DNA of 64,000 nt from Flaccisagitta enflata (lineage: Eukaryota): positions 35,588,001 through 35,652,000 of the forward strand of contig OZ231126.1 in assembly GCA_965153355.1 (NCBI GenBank), in the 5' to 3' direction. The notes below the pieces were generated by a model, which was not told where the DNA came from, did not search any database, and saw only the letters and a program-made list of their open reading frames with translations. Below, in pieces: positions 12,600-29,667 of this stretch. Numbering within the stretch: the first letter of the stretch is position 1; the number at the start of each line of letters is the position of its first letter. A program made the position numbers and the translations under genes.

Positions 12600-13557
12600 G
12601 TAAGTTTCTCTCTTGTTTTGCATCATATCGGGTCACGGACAAAAAAGGTGATTTTTTCACCTGTTCTCTCAATGACCCAGTATGGCATTATCTATTCAAT
12701 TTACGTTGATTTGACTGGATTGATCGATGTGTGTGGGGTGGATTTGTCATAGACATTATAGATGTAATTGATTGGTTGACCTTTTGTGATTGATTGTGGC
12801 TCAACCGCTCAAATCAAAATGTGAATGATGACACCATACATTGATAAAAGCAGGGGCGAAGACAAAAAACACATGGGGAACCGCCTGGAAATTTGTGTTG
12901 CCAGATAGGATCAAGATGTGGCTACATTTTGACAAGATAGCTTTTTACTTTTTTGGGTTTGCGCCATTTTGGTTTGCCTCTTCAAAGTACGAAGCTGTTC
13001 TCATGCCAAAACGATATTGTAAACGACACTTGACTGACGGCATGATGAAAATCCTCCTGGTGACAATGAAAGAACCTTAGTTGCGGACACGCAACTCTAT
13101 ATGAGGCTTTGTCCGTCCATCCAACTGTCCATCCGTCCGTCCATCCGTCCGTCCGTCCGTCCGTTTTAGATGCTTTTTGTGCATGTGAGCGGGGGACTTG
13201 GGGTGTGAATGGGAGTTCGATGCCCCTGCCCACCCGTCCGCAACGATATTGTGACCCCGCGCCACTTGTTCCATATTCGTGCCGTCGATTTTTGTCTCTC
13301 TTTGTCATTTCTCTTTTTTTTATCGTGGTCATGTGATCAACGACTGACGCCCTCCTTCCTCCCCTCTGGTGGCAGGCAACCCTCATCATCAAACATATTC
13401 CCTCATACTTTTCTCGTTATGGAAAAGTTCTTATTTCCATTCCATACGCTTTTTTTTCCATTCTTTTCCATCCATTTTTTTTTCTTATCTCTTTTTTATC
13501 CCTCTCTTCCTCATCTTCTTTTTTTCCATTTTCCATTATCCAGATCTTCATATCCGC

Positions 13558-13680
<123 letters not shown>

Positions 13681-15061
13681 CTTCTCGCCTAAGACGCTTA
13701 AGAGCTGAAGGCGTCGGAGGCAACTCCCAGGCGTTTAATTCGCCTCCGAATTCAAATTCTGCCTCCTACGAGAGGCAGAAGGGAGCCTCGATTGTCTGAC
13801 CCTGACAATGAGCAAAACTACCGACTAGGAAACGAGTTCATTTATTGCCAAAGTAAGAAGCGCTTACAGTTTGATTTCTGAAAAAGAAAAAAGGATCATG
13901 TAATATGTCCAGATCACTGATCAACGAGAACGGGCAGGGAAATTTTGTCAATTATTACTGAACAAGATAAAACCCATGGGCCCTAGACAATAGTTGTATT
14001 GATTGTATAGCAACAACAGCATATGCTTTCTGTCCGTAGACATTGACAGACTCCTGCTCTTAGATTTATGGTCATGAAATTGAAGAATCAAGTAAACGCT
14101 AAAGTTGGGAAGAGGTCGTACCGGGTGATCAGCCGGAATTGAGTAAATGCATGATGCCATTACTCTTAAACTACAAAATCAAATTAGTTGGGGATGGTCT
14201 AGAATTGAAGAGAATGGCTGAACGTTTGCTTATATAAGAAGAAATAGCCCCATAATGTTAAAATAACAGCCTTCTAAGTTACATTTCAGTTTCAGTCGTT
14301 TTGGAAAAGTGGTGCAATTTTGATCAGAATCCTCGTCTACTGTCAAGTCATTTCCTTTTGAGTAGAGACATTCAAAGTAAGAAATTGCGGTTCTTATGAT
14401 TTTCTTTTCAAAACTGGATTAAAAGCTCATCAATTCGGCACCATAAAACGGATTTTAGCTGTACTCAATAGACAGATATACTTAAAACACCAAGGACATT
14501 GAGTAAATGGGAAAAAAGTCAGTCTTCCAAGTTACTCTAATTTTGGCATCAATTCCCGATCTTGGAAAAAAGCATCTACAGCCATTACTTGCAAGCCTTT
14601 TGGGCTACAATATCCATCTTCGGCTTAAAGTAAATGTTCATTGATTTTATTTATGATAAACTATTGCAACTAACAATCGTTCAGTCTCAGTGTCAAAAAA
14701 GATTTACTCACTTCCGGCTGATCAGCCGGTATTATTGACTCAATTGAAGGATTGACGAGCGAGACCAGGATGGACCAAACATTATCGGCAAATCAAGCCG
14801 CATGAATTTGCCGCAGACTGATTCATTGACATTGGTTTATTACTGGTCCCGAAAGCGCTTTCTCTGTAAACACCAGACGGTGGGAATTTGCATCATTGCA
14901 TTACTCTAGAGCACAAGTGCATCTTCTTCTAAGCTCACTTTCTTTAGGGCAATTATCTATGCCGGGATGGAACACAGAAAACATTGGCTCTTTCCAATGG
15001 CAAATCCCGACCTCCGTCCCTCCACTTATGCTTGTCTGACAATCATACGCGTTCGCTTTTT

Positions 15062-15617
15062 GGGCAGCGGCCCCAAAGGGCTGATTTCCTGTAGGACACA
15101 GGGAGGAATTTTGAGACGTCCGTCTTTCCATCCTTCCATCCGTCCTTCTGTCCATCCCCCCCTTGGCCAGCCGGGCCTCAAGCCTGCACTCTCAGGCCTG
15201 ATTTTGGCCCTCCGAGCCCTAAAATAAGCCCTCTCAGACCTCAATTTAGCCCCCAAGAGCTCAAATCAGCTCTCCGGACCTCATATCTGCCCTCAAGACC
15301 TCAAATCTGCCCTCAAGACCCCAAATCCGCCCTCCAGGCCTTAAATCACCTCTATAAGCCTCAGAATTGTCCCTGAGGCCTCAAGCCTGCCCCAAAACCT
15401 CTTTTGGACTAAATCCTGATCCTGCCCTTCAGACTTCAATGATCTCTATCTGTCTTCAAAAGAAATGATATACCTCAGGACGTCTTGAAATTGACCCCTG
15501 TGTCGTAGAGGACATTGGCCTTTTGGGTCCACTTCCCTGCTCTCACTCCACTGCTTCACTTGATCACTCCAAGCAGAGCATCGGGTACCGCTGACCATGT
15601 GCGATCCTTGGATGACT

Positions 15618-15618
<1 letters not shown>
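15062..15618 (+). mobile_element. Family A-related element (divergent subfamily)
   Basis: GGGCAGCGGCCCCAAAGGG start, 21-bp internal repeats, same 3' GGGTACCGCTGACCAT tail. Confidence 0.7.
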
Positions 15619-15693
<75 letters not shown>

Positions 15694-15930
15694 CTCTCGC
15701 TCTCTCGCTCTCTCGCTCTCTCTTTCCCACTCATACACTCTCTCACGCTTCCGCTAGAGAGGCTTTCTATCTCTCAATGGCTACCACGGTTTGAAGGCTC
15801 CCTCTCACCCTCTATCCTCGCTGGCGTTGTCTTTCAGCAGAGGTTCAAACCCATTTTCTCTTCCATTGAAATTCGCAAATGAGACTCCCTCCCCCTCCAA
15901 GATCCCCCTAGGGTCTCATACTCATCAGAG

Positions 15931-16042
<112 letters not shown>

Positions 16043-16912
16043 TGTGCCACTCCTCCTCTCTGCTCTGTGACTCGGCCTTCCTAACCCATTACGGACATTT
16101 TCCTTGAAATTTTGCATTTGAATTCTTCGAGACCTTGAATATCTATGAAAGCAGAGCTACGGTTTTTCTTTCTCTCTTTCTTTCGCTTTCGTTTGTCTCC
16201 GTTGATCATCCTTTAGAAAACAAAATAGAAACGGTGCATCGCAAAACGAATAAAAGACCCAAACCAGAGACTTGTATCGATAATGCAATTTTCAATTCGC
16301 CCGATTTCGCGAAATTTTCGAGGTAAAGTGCTATTTACTGACAAAGCTTTTGTACAGATAGAAAGAAAAAGAAACCGCATGGACGACGTTTAATATTTAA
16401 CAAAATGCTCCCATCGTAGATTAACCAAGATCATCTTTCTGTCTTTAGCCAACGCGACTTTTGACCAGCACCAAAAAGCAGCATTTGGATCACAAAGGAT
16501 GATGAAAAAAGAGATGCAACATGAGGATAAGAAGGGCGATCTTGAACGGCTGGAATTTGCAAGACTAGAAGGTTAAATGAGGCTCATTAGCAAATAAAGG
16601 AACGGCATAATGGCAAAAGAACGAAGTAACAAAAAGAGATAATGCAGATAAAAAAAAGAAGAAAGTAAAGAAAGAAAGAACAATGGCGGTGCGGAGAAAA
16701 GAAGAAAGGGAAAGAGAAAGAGAAAGGAAGGCTGGAAAGAAGACAAAAAAGAAAGGAATAAGAGTTAAAAGAATTTCAGCAGAAATTTCAAGACTTGAAA
16801 AGGAGAATAAAAGATGGAGAGAGCGGGCGGGAAAAGTCAGAAGGAGAATGAGAAGGTCAGAGACAACATCGGCATCTGGGGAAGGGAAAAAACAGAGAAA
16901 ACAGAGAAGGAA

Positions 16913-16982
<70 letters not shown>

Positions 16983-17164
16983 GCTCGTTTGGGGTGGGTG
17001 GAAGGGGATTGGGGAGGGGAGAAGGCCCATGCTGAGTTCTTTGACTTAGGCATTGTGGAGATGCAACAATGGATATTGAAGGCGTGGTCCTTCTCATTGA
17101 CGTAGCTGCAGATCCAGAAGATAAGAAAAAGGGAAGAGGTTACGAGAAAAAGAGAGAAAAAGAG

Positions 17165-17209
<45 letters not shown>

Positions 17210-18003
17210 AACAGACTTTCGAGAGAGAGAGAGACAGGCGGATGGACAGAAATACCAACAGATAAGCCTCTTGCTACGCGCCAAAGTTTATAAGGACAAT
17301 ATTTGTGAGCGCTGCTTAACAACTAAAGGAGCGTTTAGATAATGACGCAGTTATAAATGCGAACGCACAGACGTCCAAAATAATTGAAATGAATGTTGAG
17401 GGCCTTTTGAAGATGTCCGTGGTTGTCATCAAGAACTGAATCTACCCCGAGTGATTTTTTGTTGTTTCTAGTTGCGGACACGCTACTCTATGAGAGGCTT
17501 GGTCCGTCCGTTGGTCTGTTGATCCATCCGTGGTGATCGAGTCAAAAAGTGGACAAACGAGCACTTTTTGTCTATGTTTTTGTGTTTGGAAGTGGGGGTT
17601 GGGGTGTGGATGAGGGTTGGATACCCCTGCCATCCCGTCCGCAACGATATTGTTACCCCGCGTCACTTGCTAATACCATTCACGATTTGGTTTTGTCTCG
17701 CTATGTCATTTGAGATGCGCATCATTGAACTTGTTAACGTCAACTGTAAGAGTAAAATCAGCGTCGATGGCACTGGAGATGGCGTATCAACAAGCGTGTA
17801 TCAATTATCAAGTATAAATCGGCGAGTGGAATGAAAGAATTAGACAAAAGGATATATGAAATTCAAAAGCCAAACGGCTTGATATTAATGCTAAACCTCT
17901 GATGGTGAAAAAATCTAGGACAAAGCCAATGGCCGATTATAATGATTATTTAGTGATAACGAAACTATCGCTTGTCCATTTATTCAATCATTTAAATGAC
18001 ATC

Positions 18004-18092
<89 letters not shown>

Positions 18093-18497
18093 TCGTCTTA
18101 CCTTTGGAAATTAGTCGTTTTGAATTTCCTAGTCTAGGAGGAGGAGCTTTGAGTCTGCCATTTCTGACTCGTTCTCTTCTTCTTCCATCATTCCTCCCAT
18201 TTCCTTTTTCGCTGCTCTTAGTCTGGAGGGAGGTCCTAATTTGGAATCGAAATCATTTCTTCCTTCCTTCTTTTCTTTCTTCCTTCTTTCTTCCTTCTTT
18301 TCTTTATCTTTCTTACTCCTTTTTTGACTCTGGACTTTCCTCCTTTTCATGGAAGATTTCCACATTGGCAAGCTCTTCTTTGTCAAGGTTCGACCACATG
18401 GCCCTGCGTCCAATGCAGGGTCTTTGTCTGAATGTGATTTGTGTGTTGGTTTCTTTGAATTGTGTACTGAGTTGTTATTAACACTTGTAACTTGAAC

Positions 18498-19260
<763 letters not shown>

Positions 19261-19764
19261 TTCTTTCTCGCTCCATGTTTTGGGGCTAAAGTAATTATCA
19301 TTTTCTACACCCGCATTTTTTTTACTACGGATTTTTTTCCCGCATTCACGGTATCAAAACGAAGAATTATTAAAAGGCAGAATGAATTTGATGAATATCA
19401 ATTATTCATGTTTCGGTTCTTATCAAAGTACCTTTTCCCTAAACACTTATCTGTCGAATTACAATCATAATGCTCTTTACTCGGTGGGGAATATGAAAGG
19501 GAACTTACAATACCGTTTTTGCATTTGTTTCTATTGTTCTACTGAAGACTTAGGCAAGTACCTGTTGAGTCATCAAGTGAATGAGTAACCATTTCTGTTT
19601 TTTAATTCCTTCCAAAAGTTATATAACAATTAACAATATGTAGATTAGCACCTCTTGCTTCATTTGCGATTCCCACGTGAATATCACACTATCGAGAGCG
19701 CAAGTTCGCACGTTCACATTCTAGTGGTTGGGCTCCGTTGTATACTTTCAGTTAATACAAACTA

Positions 19765-20327
19765 CAGTAGATCTCGTCTAGACTTGAGATAACGGGGGCA
19801 AGCATTGTGGAAAGACGAATGATGGCAGAGGAGTGATATTTGGATCATAGACTAATTAAAGGATGATTAATTCCCCATGATAGCTGGTTGCCATGGAAAC
19901 ACATTTCCATGTATTCTCGCTAAAGTATCAATATTTTGAGAGATTTTTTTAGGGAACATTGCTTAAAATAAAATTTGCTACAACTTTCCCACAGTATGTT
20001 CTGTAAGAATGTCGCTCGTTTGGCCGTTGCTAGGGAGCGTATCCATGTGTGACAACCCCTAGCAACCGCTAAACGAGCGACATTCTTACAGAACATACTG
20101 TGGGAAAGTTGTAGCAAATTTTATTTTAAGCAATGTTCCTTAAAAAAATCTCTCAAAATATTGATACTTTAGCGAGAATACATGGAAATGTGTTTCCATG
20201 GCAACCAGCTATCATGGGCAATAAAGCATCCTGTTATTAGTCTATGTTTGAAATATCACTCCCCTGGCTTTATTTGTTTTCCTACAATACTTGCCCCCGT
20301 TATCTCAAGTCTAGACGAGATCTACTG
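19765..20327. mobile_element. Foldback MITE, Tc1/mariner-pogo type
   Basis: TA|CAGTAGATCTCGTCTAGACTTGAGATAACGGGG...CCCCGTTATCTCAAGTCTAGACGAGATCTACTG|TA; almost entirely palindromic. Confidence 0.92.
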
Positions 20328-20556
20328 TACCTGAAAAAAGAAAAAAAAACTGGTGACAAATGAAAAAAAATTTAATTAAATATTTCCGTGATTCGATTCC
20401 CGAAAAGATTCGCGACACATCGAACCAATTCGATCTGTTTTCGTGTATGTAGGATATTCGCCTGCAAATGACTAAATGTAATACAGTAACCAAGAGAAAT
20501 TGATACATATCTTTGTCGCATATTTTGGCGTTAATTATGACTTACTTACATTGATA

Positions 20557-21156
20557 CCGGGTCATCCAGCTGAGTTGTCGGATTCCGTTAAGCTTTTACT
20601 CACAGATGCTAAAAGTCATGTATTTGATATTAATCTAGTCTTAAAGAGTATACATTGACGTTTTTTGTGTCAAAATTTCATCCATTTTGGTCAAGTAGTT
20701 TGTCTTCCACATGGATTTGAACATAAAGCTTTTATTTCAGGAATGGGCAGATTTTCCAATACATTTAGGGAATTGTGAAGGTTAACATCACAATTTTTTT
20801 GAATCATCAATCCAAAAAAGGCTTGAATCAGTGATGTTTTTGAAGTAGTTTAAAACGTTTCTCAGCTTATCTATCATTGAAGACCAATCTTATCTCTATG
20901 GCATAGAAATTTTAAAAAAATGAAAATGAAGGTAAACAGAATTCTTGATTTTTGATTGAAAATTTGTCAAATGTGAAAATACTCATGCCACTTCAAATTC
21001 ATATAAAAGACAAACTACTTGACCAGAATGGCTGAAATTTTGATACAAAAAATGTCAATCTATACTCTTCAAGACTTGATTAATTTCAAATCCATGTCTC
21101 TTGGCATGAAGGAGTAAAAGCTTAACAGAATCCGACAACTCAGGTGGATGACCCTG
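20557..21156. mobile_element. Tc1/mariner-type MITE
   Basis: TA|CCGGGTCATCCA...TGGATGACCCTG|TA with ~150 bp imperfect TIRs. Confidence 0.85.
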
Positions 21157-21779
21157 TATTCAAGGACCACATACATCATTCACATGAATAATACAAATGT
21201 TCCACTTTGAAAATTGAGGCGACAAGATTTGGAAACCACGCATTCGATGCTTTCAACGGGTCTCACTTTACGTGAGCGATCGTCGCTGAGGTGGACCTGA
21301 AGCCAACTGCTAATCTTTTTTTAATCACCTGCGATTTTCCCCGCTCGCTTCTTCTTTCCTTATCTTCCCTTCTTTTTTTCCCGTGGATGGAATCTGATGA
21401 AGGAGGTTGGAGAAGGTCAAAAGTCACCGACGATCGAAAAGAAGGCCCTAATTTAAGGGGAAAGAAAATGATTGGAAAAGAGTGGAGGCCGATATTCTCA
21501 CTCACAACGACGCCTGAATACAAACTATCGGAAAGACTTTTTTTTTTTCGTTTAAGTTCTATCGATGCTTTTGATAGATGATTTTTAAGTGAATCCAAAA
21601 GAATATGGATTTTCGAGGCAAACCCAAAGGGGGCCAAAAAGTTTTAAGAGTGAGCATCATGGATTTGTCGCTCACGTTGTTTGTTTTATTTCGTAACTGT
21701 AATCTTGCCATAGTTTTTTACCTCTTGTCACCCTTGTCATCGCTTCATCCACTTCCGCCAAACCGAACCACTTTGGCAT

Positions 21780-22242
21780 CTTCTCCGTTCAGCGCTCATG
21801 CGCTCTCACTCCCTTTCACTCCTTCTTTACCTTTTCCGCTCAACGCTCAAATGCTCTCACTCCCATTCACTCCTTCTTCGCTTTCTTTGCTCCGCGCTCA
21901 AGCGCTCTCACTCCCATTCTTCCTTCTTCACCTTCTCTGCTCAGCGCTCAAGTGCTCTCACTCCCATTCTTCCTTCTTCACCTTCTCTGCTCAGCGCTCA
22001 AGTGCTCTCACTCCCATTCACTCCTACTTCAGCTTCTCTGCTCAACACTCAAGCGCTCTCACTACCACTCACTCCTTCTTCACGTTCTCCGCTCAGCGCT
22101 CAAGCGCTCTCACTCCCATTCACTCCTACTCCAGCTTCTCTGCTCAACACTCAAGCGCTCTCACTACCACTCACTCCTTCTTCACCTTCTCCGCTCAACG
22201 CTCAAGCGCTCACACTACCATTCACTCCTTCTTCACCTTCTC
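21780..22242. repeat. ~40-50 bp pyrimidine-rich minisatellite
   Basis: GCTCAGCGCTCAAGCGCTCTCACTCCCATTCACTCCTTCTTCACCTTCTC units; explains overlapping ORFs 21605-22453. Confidence 0.85.
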
Positions 22243-22875
22243 CTTGTGTCCAATGTTTTGCATTATCCTCACTATGTCTTCAATCATAGTCAGACACCAT
22301 TCTACCCCATTGACATTCTTCCTCATCTCTGATGCCAATTCACCTCATCGATCATTTTACGAACCACATCCTACCTCCCACCGCAGTCTGCCCCCACTCA
22401 CACCCTCCTTTCCTTCCTTTGCCCAGTCTGGCAAGTCTCCAGTAATCATTTAACACGTCATCGGCGACAAAGACTTCCCATCGCGTCGGTCGTTTCCGCT
22501 ATTGGCGCACCGGACAAAACTCTTCTCGCTCCTGATTGGCTCCCCGGGTTTTACATCGCCATTTGCCTGGGGTGAAGCTCGTTTCTGATTGGTCGAAGTG
22601 TCGTTTCGTGGTTTCCTTTATCACGCCGGTGTTTTTAAGCTTAAAAGCGTCGTGGATTCGATCCCTGATTGGTCGTTCGTCTATCGTCTGACCCTTTTGT
22701 CATCAAGAACGGGAAATTGAACTTAAGGACCTTCCTTAATCGGCCTCCTGACGATTGGGTGATTTGGTCTTGATGTGCAATCACCTTTCTTTAGTCTTCT
22801 CACCAGGAGAGAAAATTGCACTTACCCTCTTTAAAGGTAAGTGTCAACGTTCTTCCTTTCACTCGGGTCTGATAT

Positions 22876-22978
<103 letters not shown>

Positions 22979-23218
22979 CCTACGTCTACGTGGGGTGAAT
23001 ATTTATCTTGCAGCAAGACAGACATAGTCTTGCCTCTTTACAGTAAAAGTTTTAGCCTAACGTTTTGCGGCGGTTTTAGAATGGATAGAGAGGGGGTAGG
23101 TAGTTTTATCGCTTAGAAAATTGTTCTATTTTAGTTTAGAGTGAGGCTTTCTCCAACTACTTAAAACCATCCCTTACTCAGAACACCCACCCCGTCCCTC
23201 TCTTAGTGTCTCTCTGTC

Positions 23219-23343
<125 letters not shown>

Positions 23344-23474
23344 CCCTGATCGAAAAATTTGCAATTTTTTAACTCGTTCAATTGTGAATCAATTTCGGAA
23401 ATTGCTTTTGCAGAGTCGAGACAATTTTGCTTTCTTTTCTCTCTTTTGTCTTTTGTTTTCTTTTTCTAGTTTTT

Positions 23475-25670
<2,196 letters not shown>

Positions 25671-26566
25671 TATTTTGTTCACGCATCACTCACTTGGCGG
25701 CGCAATCTCAGTTCAATTTCCCTCGCTCCAAGATTTTTTAATCTTATCCTCTGCGAAAGAGATATATTTCCCCTTTTCCATCTTTAACCTCCATCTCTTC
25801 CCTTGTTTCCCCTCCATCTTTTCCTTTCATCACCGCTTCCCAAGCCACACCCACTGCACCACCTCATATAAGCCCCACACCGAACTTCGCCATCATCGTC
25901 ATGGTTTCTAGTTAAGCGGCTGTTTTTGCTTTAGGTATCCTTTGCACCCAGACCCCCCGCCGCGCTTACACGAGAATCTATTGTAAGAAATTCTCTACCT
26001 TACATCGAGATTCGTTTTATCTACCACTATTAATTCGCCTCTTTTCCAATTCCCTGTTGTATGAATTGTTCTTTCGTCTACAACCCAAAATCTATTTCCG
26101 TTATTAGAACCCATCTCTTCGTCTTTGTATCTCTATTGCCTACTTACTTGTTTCTTTGTTTCCTTTACTCTCTCTCTCTCTCTCTCTCTCTCTTCTTCTG
26201 CGTTAACCTTCACTCCTTCCTTCCTTTTACACTCCTCCCTCTTCCTTTCCTCTTTCTCTCGCCCCAGTCGGTTTTTATCGGCGGCAACCTTCCGCCCCTT
26301 CCGGTGATTTAGTCTTTCGGCAGTTTCAAGTCAGCCGCCGATGCTGATGAGTTGAGGGAAAAATTCTTTTGGGACCAAAGAACCGTTTTGTGTCAAAGTG
26401 ATTGCTCTTCTTGCTTCTAAAAACAACAACAACGTCGCCGGTGACGATGAAGACGACGACAAAAAACGCCGATGATGGTGGCAAACAACAACAAAAAGAC
26501 TGCAGGGGAAAAGGCAGAAAAGTACTTACACAAGGGAGACAACGGCTGAGATAACGGGGTTGCGGA

Positions 26567-26699
<133 letters not shown>

Positions 26700-26965
26700 A
26701 TCAACGACAACAGTTGAATAGTGAAAAACGGTATAGTGTAGTAACACATATGGCATCGATGGTAGTCCACGCCGCCCGATCATAAGAATGATAAAAGACA
26801 AAAAACTAAACGTGGAAGAACATACATAAAACCGAGGGGGAAATTATCATTTACAGGAAGAGGAAGAAAGAGGGGGGGTGGTTATGGGGCTTAAGAAAAA
26901 GTGTAATATCTTCACGAGAGCATCACTCCTGAAAACCATTTAGTCGTTGTGCAGTTTTCGACCAA

Positions 26966-27062
<97 letters not shown>

Positions 27063-27171
27063 TGGACCGTTTAGGAAATGGCCTGACCATAAGTAGTAGT
27101 TTCACCACCATTTGGAGACGAGACTTTGATCAAACCTCGCCGGTGCCTCCATTATCATGCCGATGGAATTA

Positions 27172-27266
<95 letters not shown>

Positions 27267-27436
27267 TCGGCCTTATTTTTCACGATCAACGCAAAACCGT
27301 TGGCAATGTAATATCATTCGGATCCAACATCGAGAAAAAGGTGGATGGATTTGATCTGTTCATCTGTATGGAATACGGAAGCGATTGAAGTTATCTTCTG
27401 CTGTTGTCATCATGGTGTAGGAAATCCAATTCGTCA

Positions 27437-27520
<84 letters not shown>

Positions 27521-27819
27521 TATAATGGTAACAATCAAGAAGTCCTGAAGGAGTAGCAACATAAAACGAGTAAGCGAAAACGCCTGCTTTTTGGCCTGTG
27601 CTGTAGGGCAATTCAGGAAAAGCATTAATAAACATTTCTCCATTTTTCCGTTGTGACGGTGAAAACGAAGAAAAAAATGCAGAAACTGCAGCAAATGCAG
27701 CAAGGTTGGTTGTCAAGTGCACCTGTGCACCTGTCTAACAAGTAGCTGACAAATAAAAGAAGCATAAAAACTATACAAACCATACTGGGCTAAAGTGAAA
27801 CTTGAAAAGCATTCTTCTA

Positions 27820-29038
27820 ACAGGCTGTCCAATAAATTTGGCAAATTTTTGAAAAGAACATTCAAAAACTATTCTGAACTGATCTTTTGCATCAAAATAA
27901 TATTCAAATATAAAGGTTGATTAGTTATAGATACTTGTTACCCAACAGGCAGCAAAAATCCATTATAAAAGATCAGTAGAAAGAAGAAGAGGTTCATTTG
28001 AAGTGGTCTGGAAAAAAATTGACTTTGATAGATAATAGAAAATTGATGGTTGATTTTGAATTATTCTGACAGATTTTCTTCAATGCCTTAAGACGTCAAA
28101 TCTGCCAAGGAAAAATGAAGTGCTTCACCCCACTTTTGCATCAATAATGGACTAATTATCCATCCACAAATGTTTTCATTGCTCAAGTTGTCACTGGATA
28201 CACTTGTTATGTATGTCTGTTTCATATTTTATGCTTTAAGTTACCTTTTGATAAGCAATTCTCACAGAAAATGGCAAGAAAATGAAGAATTTCAGTGAAA
28301 TTTTGTTGACATTTTTTCTATTTTCTGAGGTCGAAATTATAAGAAAGCCACAACCAAAAAAAATTTTGCATTTTCAAAAACATAGTTCTCTCTAAAAACG
28401 ATTTGGGAAGAGAACTATGTTCTTTGTTTTTTCATTTTTTCATTTTCTATGCAAACTTATAATTTCGACCAACCCCTTGTCAGTGACAAAAACGATATTT
28501 GTGGAAATTTTCATTAAATCTTCTTCATTAACATAAGCTAAATCTGAGTCTTTTGCTGAGTGGATGCAAATTTTGCTTTCAAATATCATGTATGTCTTAT
28601 CTCAATCACTTTTATTCACTTGTTTTTCGATTTTCACTCATGTATATTTTCTATTTTGTCCCATTTTGATACCCTAAATGTTGGCTTCGTGGGCATGGTG
28701 TCTTAAGCTGATTTTGAATAAAATGAACTGTCCTACTTCAATGATTTATACCTACCTGTTTATTGTCCAATTTTGGATACCAAATTTGGTGTCAAGGATA
28801 GCAATTAGGTTACTATCCTATGCCATGTTTTATTGGTAAAAATCTCACAAAATTGGAAAGTTTGTCCCATGCAAAGTTCCTTTCCTTCCAAACCTGGGAA
28901 ATTCATTTGAAGAACTGCACATTCTAACATCTAATACAACTGATAGGGAGGATCCACACCAAATTTCAGCTCACTGGGTAGCCTAGAAGTATGGTTAATG
29001 TGCCATTATGTTTTTGCCAAATTTATTGGACACCCTGT
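27820..29038. mobile_element. Non-autonomous DNA transposon, TA target, ACAGG termini
   Basis: TA|ACAGGCTGTCCAATAAATTTGGCAAA...TTTGCCAAATTTATTGGACACCCTGT|TA; right subterminal region is similar to 2797-2917. Confidence 0.85.
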
Positions 29039-29405
29039 TAGTAACAAGTAAGCCCAGTGAGATGAGGTTTTAACAGAGGAGTCTCAATATAGTCCACTAC
29101 AGTTACAATTTTATCTCACAGTTTTCAGGTTTTCCCGCCTAAGCCTAAGACTGTTCGGCAGGTGTTAAATGTAGGATATGCATCGCTCATATGAGACGAG
29201 CAATGGATTACCACTGATGTCGCAGGAAAGTAGGGAACATGTCGCCAGCCTCTCCTTACGGAGAAACGTTCCTTCCCTTACGCAATTTCGCTTTTTCTCC
29301 CCTTCGTTTTTTTCCTCTCCATTTTGCTTGGCTTCGGCCGACGCCATCATCTCACTCCATAAAATTCCGCATCTCCTCCCATCTTAATCTCGCACCTGAC
29401 CATTC

Positions 29406-29454
<49 letters not shown>

Positions 29455-29623
29455 GTTCTTTTCCGCTCACTCACCTCCTGTGATGTTGATCTCCCCTCAT
29501 CGTATGTCTTGTCCATCCTAAGCTCTTTTCTATTCGCCGTCTTTTTCTCTTTGGCGTTTTACAGCAGTACCTGTCGTGGCACGTTTCTATCTCTATCTCT
29601 GGGTGTTAGTGTTTTTGCTCGCT

Positions 29624-29667
<44 letters not shown>

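Noticed and set aside
14700-14870. Possible antisense exon (tttacag| ... |gtgagt on the - strand)
   Set aside because: All three frames contain stops; no support for a nested coding gene
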